The notes beneath the pieces are model-generated. The model had not been told where the DNA came from, searched no databases, and saw nothing but the letters and a program-made list of their open reading frames with translations. The position numbers and the translations under genes were made by a program. A DNA stretch of 63,574 nt, counting the filler, from Collodictyon triciliatum (Eukaryota): assembly GCA_043381765.1 (NCBI GenBank). It is 5 parts of 5 records of this genome, joined end to end, with 100 filler letters (N's around TTAATTAATTAA, not from the genome) between each part and the next. Parts side by side here need not be neighbours in the genome. Positions count along the whole stretch, not along the records: positions 27,353 to 48,337 come from JBHJMP010001211.1; positions 48,438 to 59,577 come from JBHJMP010001218.1; 3 more parts are not named here. One strand, 5' to 3'. The number at the start of each line of letters is the position of its first letter. The first letter of the stretch is position 1. Positions 33,085 through 51,700 of the stretch are shown here, one piece after another.

Positions 33085-35002
33085 ATGAGTCGTTTGAAGC
33101 CCACCACCACCCGAGCGCAGCAGCGTGCAGCCGAGGAGATGACCATGCGTCTTCACGTCGAGACGGCCCGGATGGAAGATCAGCTCCGCAAGTTGCAGGA
33201 AGATCTCATCCAGCAGAAAGCAGAGCGAGAGTCCAAATCGTGAGTCAAGCTGGCTTATCTTCCTTTTCCTTTCCTTTTTTCTTTTTCTTTTTCTTTTTCT
33301 CCCCCTTTTCTCCCCCATTTCTCCCCTTTTCTTTTTTTGGTTCCTTTTCTTTTTCTTTTTCTCTTTCTTTTCTTTTTCTTTTTCTCCCCTTTTTCTCCCC
33401 TTTTTCTCCCCTTTTCCTACCCTTTTTTTTTTTTGGTTCCTTTTTCTTTTTCTTTTTCTCCAACTACCTTTCGTGACTATCCTCCAGATTCGTCTCTGGG
33501 GTGGCCCATTGGCGATCCGGCGCGGAAGGTGCTGTGCGAGGCGAGTATAAGGCACCTCGCAGGCTCAAACAAACAAAAGGCAAGCTCGCACGGAATCTTG
33601 CTAGTTTTTGCACTCTCTTACGCCTGCGTAGACGGATGCATCTTGTTGTGATATATTTCCTGTCTATTCAAAACACTTAGACAAATGGCTTTTCCTTGAT
33701 AAGAAGGCAAAGTCATCTTCGAACGCTCTGTATCAGCTTGCTCATCATTCCCTCCCTGAATTTGTATATTTGTTAATGTATTGATTAATGCGCTATAGCC
33801 CCAGAAGCGGATGCAGGACCAAACATGCAGCAGCAGCACCCACAGCAAACTAGCCGCTCAGTCGAGTCCAACGCCGGTGATGTATCACAACGCTCGGGCT
33901 CAGCCTCTTCGTCGAATTCTTCATCAAAAATTCCCCAAAAGAAAGTCTCACATTCCACTTCGACAGCCACAGAGATATCAGCAGAGATAGATGTAACACC
34001 ACTATCAAGAAACAAGGACCCAAAAAAAGGACACGAGTACGAACCTGTCAATAGCCATTCAGTGGGCGACACAATCAATGAATCTTCTGAACATAATATT
34101 GAGACAATCGAACTAGGCGGAGACTTTCACCTCGGTGATGATGTTGCTGATGAGTTTATCACAGTTCGAAATCGTAAATCATGGGTAATTGATAAAAGTT
34201 CATCGGTGTTCTTGTTATTAAAATATCCATATTTATTGTTAAGCCTATTTAAATAACATAACATAACATACCTTGTAAAACTTTCAGCAATTCAGGCCAC
34301 TATCCGCCTCTCGCGACCGCGATAATTCCAATTACTCTGCTCCACCGCCGCCACACAATCTGCTGCAAGGAGCATTTGACGAGGCAGAAAGCCAACAATC
34401 CTTTCAGGATGCTCTCAACGCTTGGCGAGGTAATTCAACCGCCCAACCATTCAACCATTCAACCATTCAACCATTCAACCATTCAACCATTCAACCATTC
34501 AACCATTCAATCATTCAATCATTCAACCATTCAACCGATGCAATCAATGCAATCAACCCAGCATCCAGATTTAATACCTTGGATTCATGCTTTTTTTCTC
34601 CAAACCCAAATGCTTATATCTATTAAATTGCCTTTAAAATAAGTGCTTTAATAAAGGTATCCGCTTCAACAAACTCACAATCCCAACCCTACAGGCGAAC
34701 AGCAAAAGCCTGCGCCCAAGAAATCCCAGCCGAGTTCACAAACAGCGGCCATACGCAAGAGTATAGCGGCCACATCGACGACCGCAGACACCAGACAAGG
34801 TCAGAATGCTTCTGCATTCACAGCCGCAGTTATCGAGACACAGACAGAGACGTCCGGCAAAGTCTTTCTCCACACAGACCGCGTTCCCGAGAGCGAAGTG
34901 CATATAGTCTACCGCACAAAGCGGACCACACCCGGCACAATCAATCAGTCCTACTTCGACCAGCTGCTCTTGAAGAAGCAGGTCTCATCGAATCTGAAAT
35001 GA
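33085..35002 (+). CDS. ZBBX-like (cilia-associated) protein with no recognisable B-box
   Basis: Five-exon model gives ETARMEDQLRKLQ...ERES..HWRSG, LLQGAFDEAESQQSFQDALNAWR and SYFDQLLLKK, which match blocks I recall from animal ZBBX (not database-verified). Confidence 0.65.
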
Positions 35003-35459
35003 GTCACCAGGCGGCTCTTTGCTTCCTGGCAGAAAGTAGTTTGCAGCTTTTGTGTCGTGTTTGCCAAGTACAAAGATTTTTTCCCCCCACTGTTCCTTAT
35101 TCGCCCCTTTTGGTTCATCCTTCTTGCCTTATGTTTTCCTCGTTCTGTGGGGTGCGCTTCAGAGACTCGATATTCTTTTTCGCATGTTCCCGTTCTTGTT
35201 TATTTTCTTTTCTTTTATTGCTATTACCATCTCAAATATTCTATTTTCCCTTGTTCTCTGATTTGAATAAAATGATTGCACGCTAGCCTCTTTTTTTACT
35301 GGGCTCGTTGCTTCTCCAAAGTTCATATGGTTGGCCTTATAAAACTTCTTTTTTCTTTTTCTTTTTTTTCTTTTTGTTTTACACGCACGGGTCTTTGTCG
35401 TTTCCTTCTCTCATTTGTTTTGTCCTTCTCGATCGAAAAGGGCAACAAACATCTGCAAT

Positions 35460-36088
35460 ATGCGACCGCCTCCTTCGCTCCTTCTGGCCTCTGTTGCTAT
35501 TATCTGTTTGGTGATGGTCTCAGCCGCCTATGCCACGGTTTGTACATGCCGCAGAGGTTCAGCCTTCGTCTACTAGAATATCTCAAATATAACCTTATTT
35601 CTTTGCTTTGACATTATATTTACTTTTCCCTAATATTTATTTTTATTTTGGGAATAACACCGTGCTTTTTATTGGCCTTTTGATTTTTGGCCAAATGAAA
35701 ACTTTACTCTTAGGAACCGGTGGTTACAAATAAAGTCTACTTCGATATCAGTAACCATCCAAACACAATCATGATACTCACACATTAGCCACATACAGAA
35801 ATTTATATTGTTTAATACCATGCGGCTAAATACACTATTTGTATTATCTTAATCATATTTTTTTATTGGCACCTCAAGCCATCGGAGGTAAGAAAGCCGG
35901 CCGCATAGTGATGGGATTGGTAGGTTCCAAAAAAAACTGCGTCTTTTCATTTGCTTCAGTTGACCACACGTCCTCTTAGTGCTTCATTATGTTTCCCTTC
36001 GATATCAATATATACTCATTTATATTTATTTATTATTATTATTATCATCATCATCATCATCATTATCATTATCATCAGCATTATCATT

Positions 36089-36144
<56 letters not shown>

Positions 36145-36559
36145 GCTTGCAGTATGGAAATGTTGTTCCAAAGACTGTTGAGAACTTCCGCGCGCTATGT
36201 ACTAAAGAAAAGGGCTTTGGATATGAAGGCTCCACGTTTGTATAGCATTTGCATCGCATTATACATGAATATACACGTTTTTGCCCCCAGTTTCTGTGTT
36301 TTATAGCATGCCTGGCGCTCGCATATCGCTTATTTGAATCATGTTTGATTGCGAGACTTATACTCCAAACAACTCCCCCAGGTTTCACAGAGTTATCCCC
36401 AAGTTCATGATTCAAGGCGGGGGTCTTTCTCATGGGAAAGGAAAAGGCCCACGAAGTATTTATGGTAGCCGGTTCGATGATGAGAATTTTAAGTTGAAGC
36501 ATCTCGGGCCAGGTGTCTTTTCCCACCCAAGCATATCATAAGATTGTACTTATTTTTTC

Positions 36560-36653
<94 letters not shown>

Positions 36654-37132
36654 CTGAGTATAAGGAAAATAGGATAATCATAATTGTGGAAGCTCTACGT
36701 TTTTATCTTGATATTAACCAAAAAATACATTAGAAAATTGTAGTTATTGCTAATTCATTTGCTATTTCTTTCATTCTTTTCATGGGGTTTAGAAGCATTC
36801 TGAAGAAAATGAGTAAATGTAGGGTTCCTATCTATGGCAAATGCAGGGCCCAATACAAATGCGAGCCAATTTTTTATTACTACTGTGAAAACTCCGTGGT
36901 ACAAACTCACTCAACACGGAGAATTTGTCCTTTTTTTTCATTTAAAGAATAGCAACAAAGAATCTTTGTAAATGACTCTTCAAATATTAGGTTAGATGGA
37001 CATCATGTCGTGTTTGGGCGTGTTTTAGAAGGAATGGACGTTGTTCGGGCAATCGAATCGACACCGACAGGCCCCCGCGACCGCCCAGTCGAAACAGTGA
37101 ATATAGAATCTGCAGGAGAGCTTCCTCTTTAA
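35460..37132 (+). CDS. Cyclophilin-type PPIase with N-terminal signal peptide (CypB-like)
   Basis: [25 protein letters not shown] signal; [74 protein letters not shown]. Confidence 0.95.
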
Positions 37133-37556
37133 TATATCAGACTGTTAGTAATAATAAAATGTCTTTACATATATTTGCCCATGATTTTGGATTTCTTACT
37201 AGAAAAAAAAAAAGGGTGATATAATCCTTGCAGGAAAAGATTGGAGGTCGAATTTTTTTCAAGCGTATTTGCTGCACTTTTCAGACCTTTTTGTGCGTCA
37301 GAACATATGTGGCGTGGCCCAAATATACTTTGCAATATCTTGAGATTGTGGATCATTTATTTGTTTGGGTGTTTTAATTGCTCATGAGATTACTTTGGTT
37401 GAATTGGGGGGAAAATGAAAGAAAAATGGAGGGTAAGGGGGAAAAAAAAGTGGTAGGTGGTCTCTGGCGTTGAAATTCTTTAATATGCTTGGATAGGCTC
37501 TTTGGTGGTTCCTAATATCAATATGTTGAAGAAAATAGTGGAATGCTGGATGGGAA

Positions 37557-42810
<5,254 letters not shown>

Positions 42811-43521
42811 CTAGCAAACAGAGTGGTAGATAAATACAATGTATTATTATAAACAAAAGTAAAAGTAAAAGAAAATATTTTAGTCTTAAAAGAAAAAGGA
42901 CTGGGCATTTTGGTCTACTTATTTCTTTTTCTTTATATTTCCTTTTTTTTTTTCTAAGTAAAACACAATATTAGAAAACTGCTTTTGCAGCTCCTTTATT
43001 TGCATAAGGGTTTGAGGAGCATCGCAATACGAGCAAATACAAACACACTTTGCCTGTTCTGCGGGCGTGCAGCATGGTCGGCCTCCTTGGAAACGAACCT
43101 GTGCCAGTGATAAAACTCCTGCCTTGGTTTCTGCTGTGAAAGTTTCAGTAGCCTTAGCCTTACCGACTTTGACAGGTGGTCACGCCACTGCAAATAGAAC
43201 ATTCTAGATTCAATCAACAGACTCGCTGAATCAAGCGCGATGTTTTCTGTGGCAGCCTTTCGGAGCAGAAGGCCCGAAAGACAAGTTGGTCGCAAGCGTT
43301 GGGCAATGTCATAAACAAGTGGAAGGCTTCGTTGCAGAGTGAAGAGAAACTCGACAGAGGAAAAAATAGAAGAAAAAGCAAGAAATGAACGGCTTCCTGT
43401 TGGTCTTAACATGGGAAGGTGCGTGACAGAGCGAAGGAAATGAAATGAAAGTCATGCTGGCTGATAAGAAGGAAAATAGGCAAGGGTTGGTTTGGTTAGT
43501 CAGTACATCGACTCGGGCAGT

Positions 43522-44201
43522 TTATTTGACATTCTTGACGAGTCCGTCGCGGGTGGCGAGGGAGACAACAGACCAGTCGGATTCACCCTAATGAACACAT
43601 AACATAGCGGTTTGGTGAGTTTGTTTGGGTCTACGTCGTGGGTGTTCCTGCCGAACGCGAAACATACTCCCAACGAGATGATTAAAGGGTTTCTTTTTCT
43701 TTCATCAGCAAAACTTACGCGGGAGCGGACGGCACCAGCAATAGCATAGGTAGTGTTCTTTCCTGTGAGGACTCCGTTGCCGTTGACGAGGCCGACATTG
43801 AACTGGATGGAAGCGTGATCCTTGGCGATGATCAGGCGGTTGGTGGCGGAGCTGAGTGGTTTCGTATGTATATTCGTTAGCAAAATAGCTTCTCCACTGC
43901 ATCTAACCTCAGTGTGCTACCAGAGAGAAATGATCCTTCTTTTAGGCCACAAGACAGAGCCCAGGGCACCAGAGACAGCTTCGAAACGGGCACCCTGGAA
44001 GCCCAAGGAGACTCGGTAACAGAGGTATCGAAGCAGGCTTTCTTAGCCAAAAGCTCTTTTCTCTGTGCTCTTGACAAATGAAAAATAAAGGGAAACCCAG
44101 GGGTTCTGTCCCAACAGGACAGCAAAAGGCAGGGAACGGACATCAACGTACCACTTGCGGGGGATGTACAAGTCGACCTTCTCTCCGGCGTCGTTTTGCA
44201 T
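43522..44201 (-). CDS. RPS21: 40S ribosomal protein S21 (eS21), three exons
   Basis: MQNDAGEKVDLYIPRKC|SATNRLIIAKDHASIQFNV...YAIAGAVRSR|GESDWS...KNVK*. Confidence 0.97.
43910..44100 (-). ncRNA. Candidate structured intronic RNA (H/ACA snoRNA-like) in RPS21 intron 1; 5' end uncertain
   Basis: Nested stems on the transcribed strand are followed immediately by ACA; the host is a ribosomal protein gene. Confidence 0.3.
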
Positions 44202-45072
44202 GTTGGCAGAGTTGCTTTGGGGTTTTGGTGAGGTGCTGAGACTTTGGTCTTTGCGGTCACGCGGACGGATGCGGGTTTCCTGGCAAGCAAGAGGCGATAG
44301 AGGATTGTGTGATTCATCTCCGCCCGTCGACAAGCAACACGAATCACAGGCTCATAGACCAATAGGTGGCTTAGCGCAGGGGGCTACGGCGGCGCTCACC
44401 GGCATAGCGGTTCCGGAGACGGCCCTGGTTTGCGGCCATAGCAGAGAGAAGTCCCGGTGCAAAGCTGGAAATTCTTTGAACATTTTTAGATTTGGAATAT
44501 TTCTGTTTAAATGGATTCAAATTGAGCATATATGCCACTTGTACAGATTATAAGATATATCTGGAATATAGGACTTTTTTGGAACCCAGGAATATTAAAT
44601 TCCATTAGAGGGATTATGGATGGAATCTCCCGCCGTTGTGTCATGTGGTCTATGTGCATAGATGGAAAATAAAATAATAGAATATATTTACATCGCTTCA
44701 GTCTCTGTGCCGATAGGAAATGATTTAAAAGATGACATAAACATACTTTAATTGTATCTCAATTTGAATGATTCCTAACGCGCTGCGCAACCTAATCAAG
44801 GCTATATCACGCAACACATGCAAATGATGCTGTGAGTAGCCAGCGGTTTGAACGAAGAAAGCAACAATAAAAACAAAAAACCTTAAAGCAACAAAAACAG
44901 GGAAGACACATCCATCAACCGAATCTTTATGGGATATATCGAGGTATGATGGGGTTGAGATTTGCAGCACAGCCGGGAAATATGACTCTGCAAGCTCATG
45001 AATGGAAAATCTTTCGGTATTGACGAGATAGTAAAACATAAAGTGGACGATGCAGTTCGGTGGTGGCATGTG

Positions 45073-45834
45073 TCAAAGCATAAATTGGGACTCCGGAATA
45101 ACTCCTCTCTTCACCAGTTCCACTTCGTGTTGGGTGTTCATGCAGCCGAGGATGGAAAAGAATAAGCAGTCAACACAATTCTCAACCGCATCCGGAACGT
45201 TTTTCCCACACAACCTCATTATAAAAATGGCGGTCGAGCAGATGCACAGCGTCATCAGGAGACATTCCTCACAAGGGGTGACCTATTTATGATGACCAGC
45301 CGAGGGGAGAGTTTGTATATGAGATATAATTGCGAGCTGTCAGATGTGCAATTCTTATACAGAGCGAAGTGATATGTTGATGGAAGGAGGATGGTCTTTG
45401 GTTATCAATACAGACTTCCAAACGGAAGCGATCACGGATGATGTCGCGGTTGACCATGACCGAGGTACCCAAACAGCAGCAGACTTCACAAGGCAAGCCA
45501 ACTTCGGGGCACGATTTGAAGAATGCATCGCAGCATGTCGAGCAGGGTCCGAGTCTTCCATCACAGCACTTGTAGTTTTTGATGTCTCCTATCAAAGTGA
45601 GTCGGTGCTGGTAGGCAGGGACGCAGGCACAACAGCAAAAGAAACACCCTTGAAAAAAAAAGGAGTTAATGTCTTATTTCATAGTTTTTATGAATATGAC
45701 AAAAATAAAATCAAGTTTCATTGGATATGGAGAGATCAAGAGTTACAAGTCAGAGGTTTGCGAGTGCAGGTCTCAAGAAGCGGGATCTCCCATTTCTGAT
45801 CGTACAGGGTCTTGTTCGGGATCTTTCGGCCCAT
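45073..45834 (-). CDS. Cysteine-rich PLAC8-like membrane protein, three exons
   Basis: W...LLETC....WCFFCCCACVPAYQHR...YKCC...CEVCCCLG.SV..NR..IRDRF.L...PCEECL, two hydrophobic segments, GCMNTQHEVEL. Confidence 0.7.
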
Positions 45835-46941
45835 GCGTATTTTTACTAAATGCCTGATTTGAAAAGGAAGGAGACATGAGACTGCGAATACCTTTGCAAT
45901 AGACGCTGATTGGCTCTTTCATATATACTTGTTTTCACTCTCTCTTTATTCTAATTTGAAACAGCAAGACAGTCAGGCCCGCCTCTCGTTCGGTATGGCT
46001 GTGGTTAGATCTACCGAGGTTCTTTTTTTACACGCCCCTGATAAAATGACACCTCAACACATTGGAGTTCAGGGGAGTATAGAACCCGGCTCCATCTTTG
46101 TCGCATAAGTTGTCAGTGCCGCCTGGGAATGAAGGCATAGAAACAACGAGCCGGGACTNNNNNNNNNNNNNNNNNNNNNNNNNNNNNNNNNNNNNNNNNN
46201 NNNNNNNNNNNNNNNNNNNNNNNNNNNNNNNNNNNNNNNNNNNNNNNNNNNNNNNNNNNNNNNNNNNNNNNNNNNNNNNNNNNNNNNNNNNNNNNNNNNN
46301 NNNNNNNNNNNNNNNNNNNNNNNNNNNNNNNNNNNNNNNNNNNNNNNNNNNNNNNNNNNNNNNNNNNNNNNNNNNNNNNNNNNNNNNNNNNNNNNNNNNN
46401 NNNNNNNNNNNNNNNNNNNNNNNNNNNNNNNNNNNNNNNNNNNNNNNNNNNNNNNNNNNNNNNNNNNNNNNNNNNNNNNNNNNNNNNNNNNNNNNNNNNN
46501 NNNNNNNNNNNNNNNNNNNNNNNNNNNNNNNNNNNNNNNNNNNNNNNNNNNNNNNNNNNNNNNNNNNNNNNNNNNNNNNNNNNNNNNNNNNNNNNNNNNN
46601 NNNNNNNNNNNNNNNNNNNNNNNNNNNNNNNNNNNNNNNNNNNNNNNNNNNNNNNNNNNNNNNNNNNNNNNNNNNNNNNNNNNNNNNNNNNNNNNNNNNN
46701 NNNNNNNNNNNNNNNNNNNNNNNNNNNNNNNNNNNNNNNNNNNNNNNNNNNNNNNNNNNNNNNNNNNNNNNNNNNNNNNNNNNNNNNNNNNNNNNNNNNN
46801 NNNNNNNNNNNNNNNNNNNNNNNNNNNNNNNNNNNNNNNNNNNNNNNNNNAAAATCCATCAGATTATGAATTCATGAGAAAAAAAAAGGGAGTTGTTCGA
46901 AGTTTTTTTTAAGAAAATAAAATAAAATAAAAACAGCTCAC

Positions 46942-48146
46942 ATAATCCTCCAGCCGTGATTGACACAATGGACAACGTCGAGCCACGGGTAATTTCATCG
47001 CAAAGAATACCGGAGTTGTGATAGGACAGATATATCATGGATAGAGGTAGGACGAAAAGAAATTCTGGTATATGGGAAATAGGATTCCTCTCGAAATATA
47101 CCAGACTAAGCCGGCTCAATGACGATATGGATGAAGGTATCTCAGATATCTGCTCCAGTGCAAAAGAATTAAACCCGTTCGTTAATGAGTAAATTTATTT
47201 TTAATGATACTAATTTTCAAATGATGTACAAACTTGGTTGTTGCTGGCAACTAGCTTGTTAAGGCGAACGTAGTTTGACAAATCTCCGAGTGATACAATA
47301 TGGTTGCTCTCAACGTTCAGCTCTGAGAGCATCTGCAGTTGTCTTTTTGGGCCTTGTATGAACCGCAGTTTATTTCGTCTGATAATCAATCGATTAAGAG
47401 AACTGCATTCCCAAATAGACTCGCTGATTTCAGTGAGCTGATTGGAGGACAAATCAAGGAGAGACATCTTGCGAAGAAAAGAAATCTCTGATGGAAGCTG
47501 ACGTAGGCTGTTGTGCCCCAGCTTAAACTCCTTATCATATTAAATTCGGGTTAGAAATTCCAATTGGATAATAATCATGAATATCAAAATACAACATTCG
47601 TTGACTGATAAAATTGTGCTCAAACCCCGAGATTATCTAAGCCGCTTATGGCTGGGGGCAAGCTGCTTAAATAGTTTGCTGATATGTCAAATATGACTAG
47701 TTTCTTCAACTTTGAGATATCTCTGGGCAAGATATATATTGAGTTTGTGTGCACCAGAAGCTCTTCAAGGTTTGTGAGACGTCCAATCCCTTCAGGCAAG
47801 TATGAGAGTTTGTTCCCATTAGCATGGAGCGCGGTTAGCTTCTCAAGGAAGCCGATCTCATCAGGGAGCGTTGAGAGGTTATTTGAAGCCACCTATAATT
47901 CATGTTGAACCTCATATTTCAATTAAAATGCCTAACAATACTCAATTTTTGATAGAGAAAATGGCAATAACGTAAAGCATGTAAAAGAATGTGGAAACTT
48001 GCATTCAGGCTCTGCAATCTGCTCATCGAGCAAACACGGCAATCAAGGAGAGCCAATTTATTATCACTGAGGTCCAGATGAAGTATGTTAACAGCCATGA
48101 AAAGGGCTCTCGGGATGCTTGCATAGTTCTGCCCGGACAAATTAAG
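46942..48146 (-). CDS. Leucine-rich-repeat protein fragment, bounded by a spacer and an N gap
   Basis: Roughly a dozen 22-23-aa LRRs (LxxLxLxxNxLxxLPxxI) across 4 exons. Confidence 0.85.
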
Positions 48147-48337
48147 CTGCACAGAAAAAAGTATGTTTTACGAAACAATTATGTTAAGACTTTTGAACCT
48201 TTTGATGATATACAGAGAAGAGAGAAGAAGAGAGAAGAAAAGAGAAGAAAAGGAAAGAGAAGAAAAGGAAAGAGAAGAAAAGGAAAGAGAAGAAAAGGAA
48301 AGAGAAGAAAAGGAAAGAGAAGAAAAGGAAAGAGAAG

Positions 48338-48437
48338 NNNNNNNNNNNNNNNNNNNNNNNNNNNNNNNNNNNNNNNNNNNNTTAATTAATTAANNNNNNN
48401 NNNNNNNNNNNNNNNNNNNNNNNNNNNNNNNNNNNNN
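48338..48437. other. Artificial contig-join spacer
   Basis: N-TTAATTAATTAA-N. Confidence 0.95.
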
Positions 48438-48715
48438 AAACAAAAAAACAAAAAAACAAAAAAACAAAAAAAAAACAAAAAACAAAAAACAAAAAACAAA
48501 AAAACAAAAAAACAAAAAAAACAAAAAAATAAAAAACCCATTCACTCTTAGCGTTCGATACAACACAGGAATTCAATCAAAGACCAGAATACCCTTACAG
48601 AAGCTTAGAGATAAAAGAAAAAAGGGAGGTACTTTCGGACAGATCACTTCAGCGAGTCGCTGACCCATTTTGTCCTCTGCATTCTGCTGAACGCTCCATT
48701 TATCATATCCCAATC

Positions 48716-51700
48716 ATGTCCCATCGTCTCACACACCTTGAAGAGTTGAAAAAGCTCCAGCCGCTGTTCTGGCCCAAAGGATCTAAGCTAAAGAATTGCA
48801 CAAGACTTCATCTTGGTTCAGAAAGTCTATCCGTTGTACCATTGGGCATATTTCTATTGGAACATTTGGCTGAGCTTTGCCTTTGGGAAAGCAAGTTCAC
48901 AAAACTTCCGGCTGAAATATCAAACTTGACAAATCTTACCTTCCTACACGTATACAACAACAGGCTAACGTCCCTGCCGCCAGAAATCTCGAAGCTGATA
49001 AAACTCCAAGTTATGTATATCCACGAGAATCCAGTGAGTTTTTATTTTTTGCAGAGCATCTTCATTTGCAACCAGTTATTTTTTCGTGTTTCCAATGAAA
49101 TGCTTCTAAACATTCATCTCAATAAATAAGTTATTTCAGATGACCAAATACATCATTAATCTGGCCAAATATTTATATTTTAAAGATAATCGAGCTGCCT
49201 CCCCAAATCGTTTACCTTAAAAACCTTAAAATCCTTTGGATTCGAGACAATAAAAACCAAATAAGCATTAACCGGGCGCCGTTGGGTATTAAACAACTAC
49301 CCTGTTTCGAGAACAAATCAGACACACAATCTGGATACTCAGTTGCGGATGCGCTAAAGGATTTAAAATATTATGAACCTGTAAGATATGTCTTCACAAA
49401 TTTCTATCATGGCACTATGTTAAGAAATGTAATACAGACTCCTTTTTATCCATAGGAAGCTGTTATACTTCAGCCAGGTTGGATTCCTGATGAATTTTAC
49501 ATCTGCCTGGAATCCCTCAACTTTCATAAAAAGACAAAAACACTACCCGCACTTATCACTCAGTTGCATTGTCTTAAAGAAATTGATATCAGCAATAACA
49601 TGGTAATACAGTATCCATAAATCATCATACAAATGCTGGTCTAAATATCGATTTTACAGATGAAAACTATTCCTGATGTTGTTTTCAGTATTCTCTCCAT
49701 AGAGAATCTAAAATTTTCCGAAAACATGGTAATTTTGTGTTGACTTCATAATCTATGTAATATTAGTTCACAGCATTCATTCATACAAACAACATACTCA
49801 TTCCCAAAACATCAATCCACACGTATTATATACTAACAATTTTCATAAATAGCTGAAATTTTAACAGCAGTATATTAGTATTTTTTTTCACTAACGCGCA
49901 TTAGATTAACCAATATATGACTCTATTAGATTGTAGATATACCTTTGCAAATTTTGTCTCTAAATAATTTGAAGCTACTTGACTTGAACAAAAATAAGGT
50001 ATGTTTTTTTTCTTTCAAAAGGAAATACATGCAGATATAGTAATGAAGCATTCATCATATTTGTCTCACACGCCAACCATAAAATAGCTGGAGAAATTTC
50101 CACTCATCGTTTGCCAAATATCGACATTGGAGCATCTAAACATATCAAATAACTTGGTACTACTCTTTCTGTTACTCACAAAGAAACATCATTTTACATA
50201 TTTGGATTTGATCATTCCATGAATGATGCCTATTGTAATACCATTAAAATACGGCAAGGTTATGGATTTGCCCATTGAAATAAGCTCCTTGACTAACATA
50301 AAGACACTTAACATCAGCTCCGCTAAGGTTCCTTTTTGACAATAAAGACTATGCATATGAACTAAAATTATTATTGATTGGTTTAACGCATTGTCGTGTC
50401 ATAGATAACAAGGCTGCCAGATGAGATATGTTTTCTGACAAAAATGGAACGCATGCTGGCTGCAAATAATAAAGTTTATCTCCACCTAAAAAAACTGCTA
50501 ACGCAATATGTTCATATGTGTTTAGGAATTAAAAATCTTCAACATTTTTTTTTAGATATCTTCAATACCTGAAGACATAGGAAATCTGCAAAACCTCAAG
50601 GCTTTTGATGTGTCCTCGAATCATGTTTGTTCACATTTGAAGAGAGAACAATAATGTATTTAATTAATAGATTAAATGTCTTGGATATCATATATTTTTA
50701 TGTGGATAGATCTCAGATATCCCCAACAGTATTGGTTCGATAAAAGCCTTACGCAGCGGGCTGATGGTTACTGGAAATTCATTATCCAAAATACCATCCA
50801 ATATACTTTCCCGAGGCTCTGAGGCTACATTTGACTACCTCGTAGAACTTATGAAGGGAACTATGGAATGGAATCAAGGAAGATTACTATTGCTTGGAGA
50901 GGCAGAAGCAGGGAAAACCACACTGACAAGATCCTTATTACAAGACTCTGACGAATTTCAAAGCACACTAGACGAAAACAGAGAAAGGACGAATGGCATA
51001 GAACAAGTTAGTATTGAAATTAAGGACAAAGAACTAAGTGGCTCATCAAAGCCTATTTTTGTGAAAATTTGGGACTTTGGTGGGCAAAAAGATTTCCAGG
51101 TAACCCATCCATTCTTTCTGTCTTATGGAGCCATCGTGCTAATCATATACAGACTTGATAAGTCCTGGGAAGATAATAACCTTGATCGTTGGGTAAAGAT
51201 GCTTGATGACTTTGCACCTGGGTCAAAGATCATCATCGCGGGAACACATAAGGACAAAAAAGAATCTCAATTTTCGGCTCAAATACATGAAAATATAGAA
51301 AAAATCAAACAGGAAAACAAAAATCACACTTTCATCCACACCGACTCTGAAGTTTGCAATTTGACTGGAAATGGTATCCCTCAATTAAAAGAAATCATAT
51401 ACAATGGAATGATAGAGTTAGAGAATATTAAGAAAGGAGTTCCCATATTCTATGAATACCTAAATAGACTTATGCAAGATATCGGGGCAACCGAAAAGTA
51501 TGTATCTATCAGCAAATTGTACGCAACTACCAACTTGAGATATGACATGGACCAAGGAGCATTCGAAAATGCTATGAGATTCTTGGCTGATCTTGGTACA
51601 GTCGTCTGGTATTCGTCGCATGAAAATATCAAGAATATAGTTTTTCTTGACCCTATCTTCCTTATTTTGGTATTCAGGTCAGTTTTCAGTTTTGATGGGA

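Noticed and set aside
43926-43938. GGATCATTTCT resembling U3 box A or the 18S 3' end
   Set aside because: It is only an 11-nt match, with no other U3 boxes or rRNA context.
46942-47010. LRR protein possibly continuing into a dual-specificity phosphatase (DEI...GGL)
   Set aside because: Too little sequence before the N gap to support the call.
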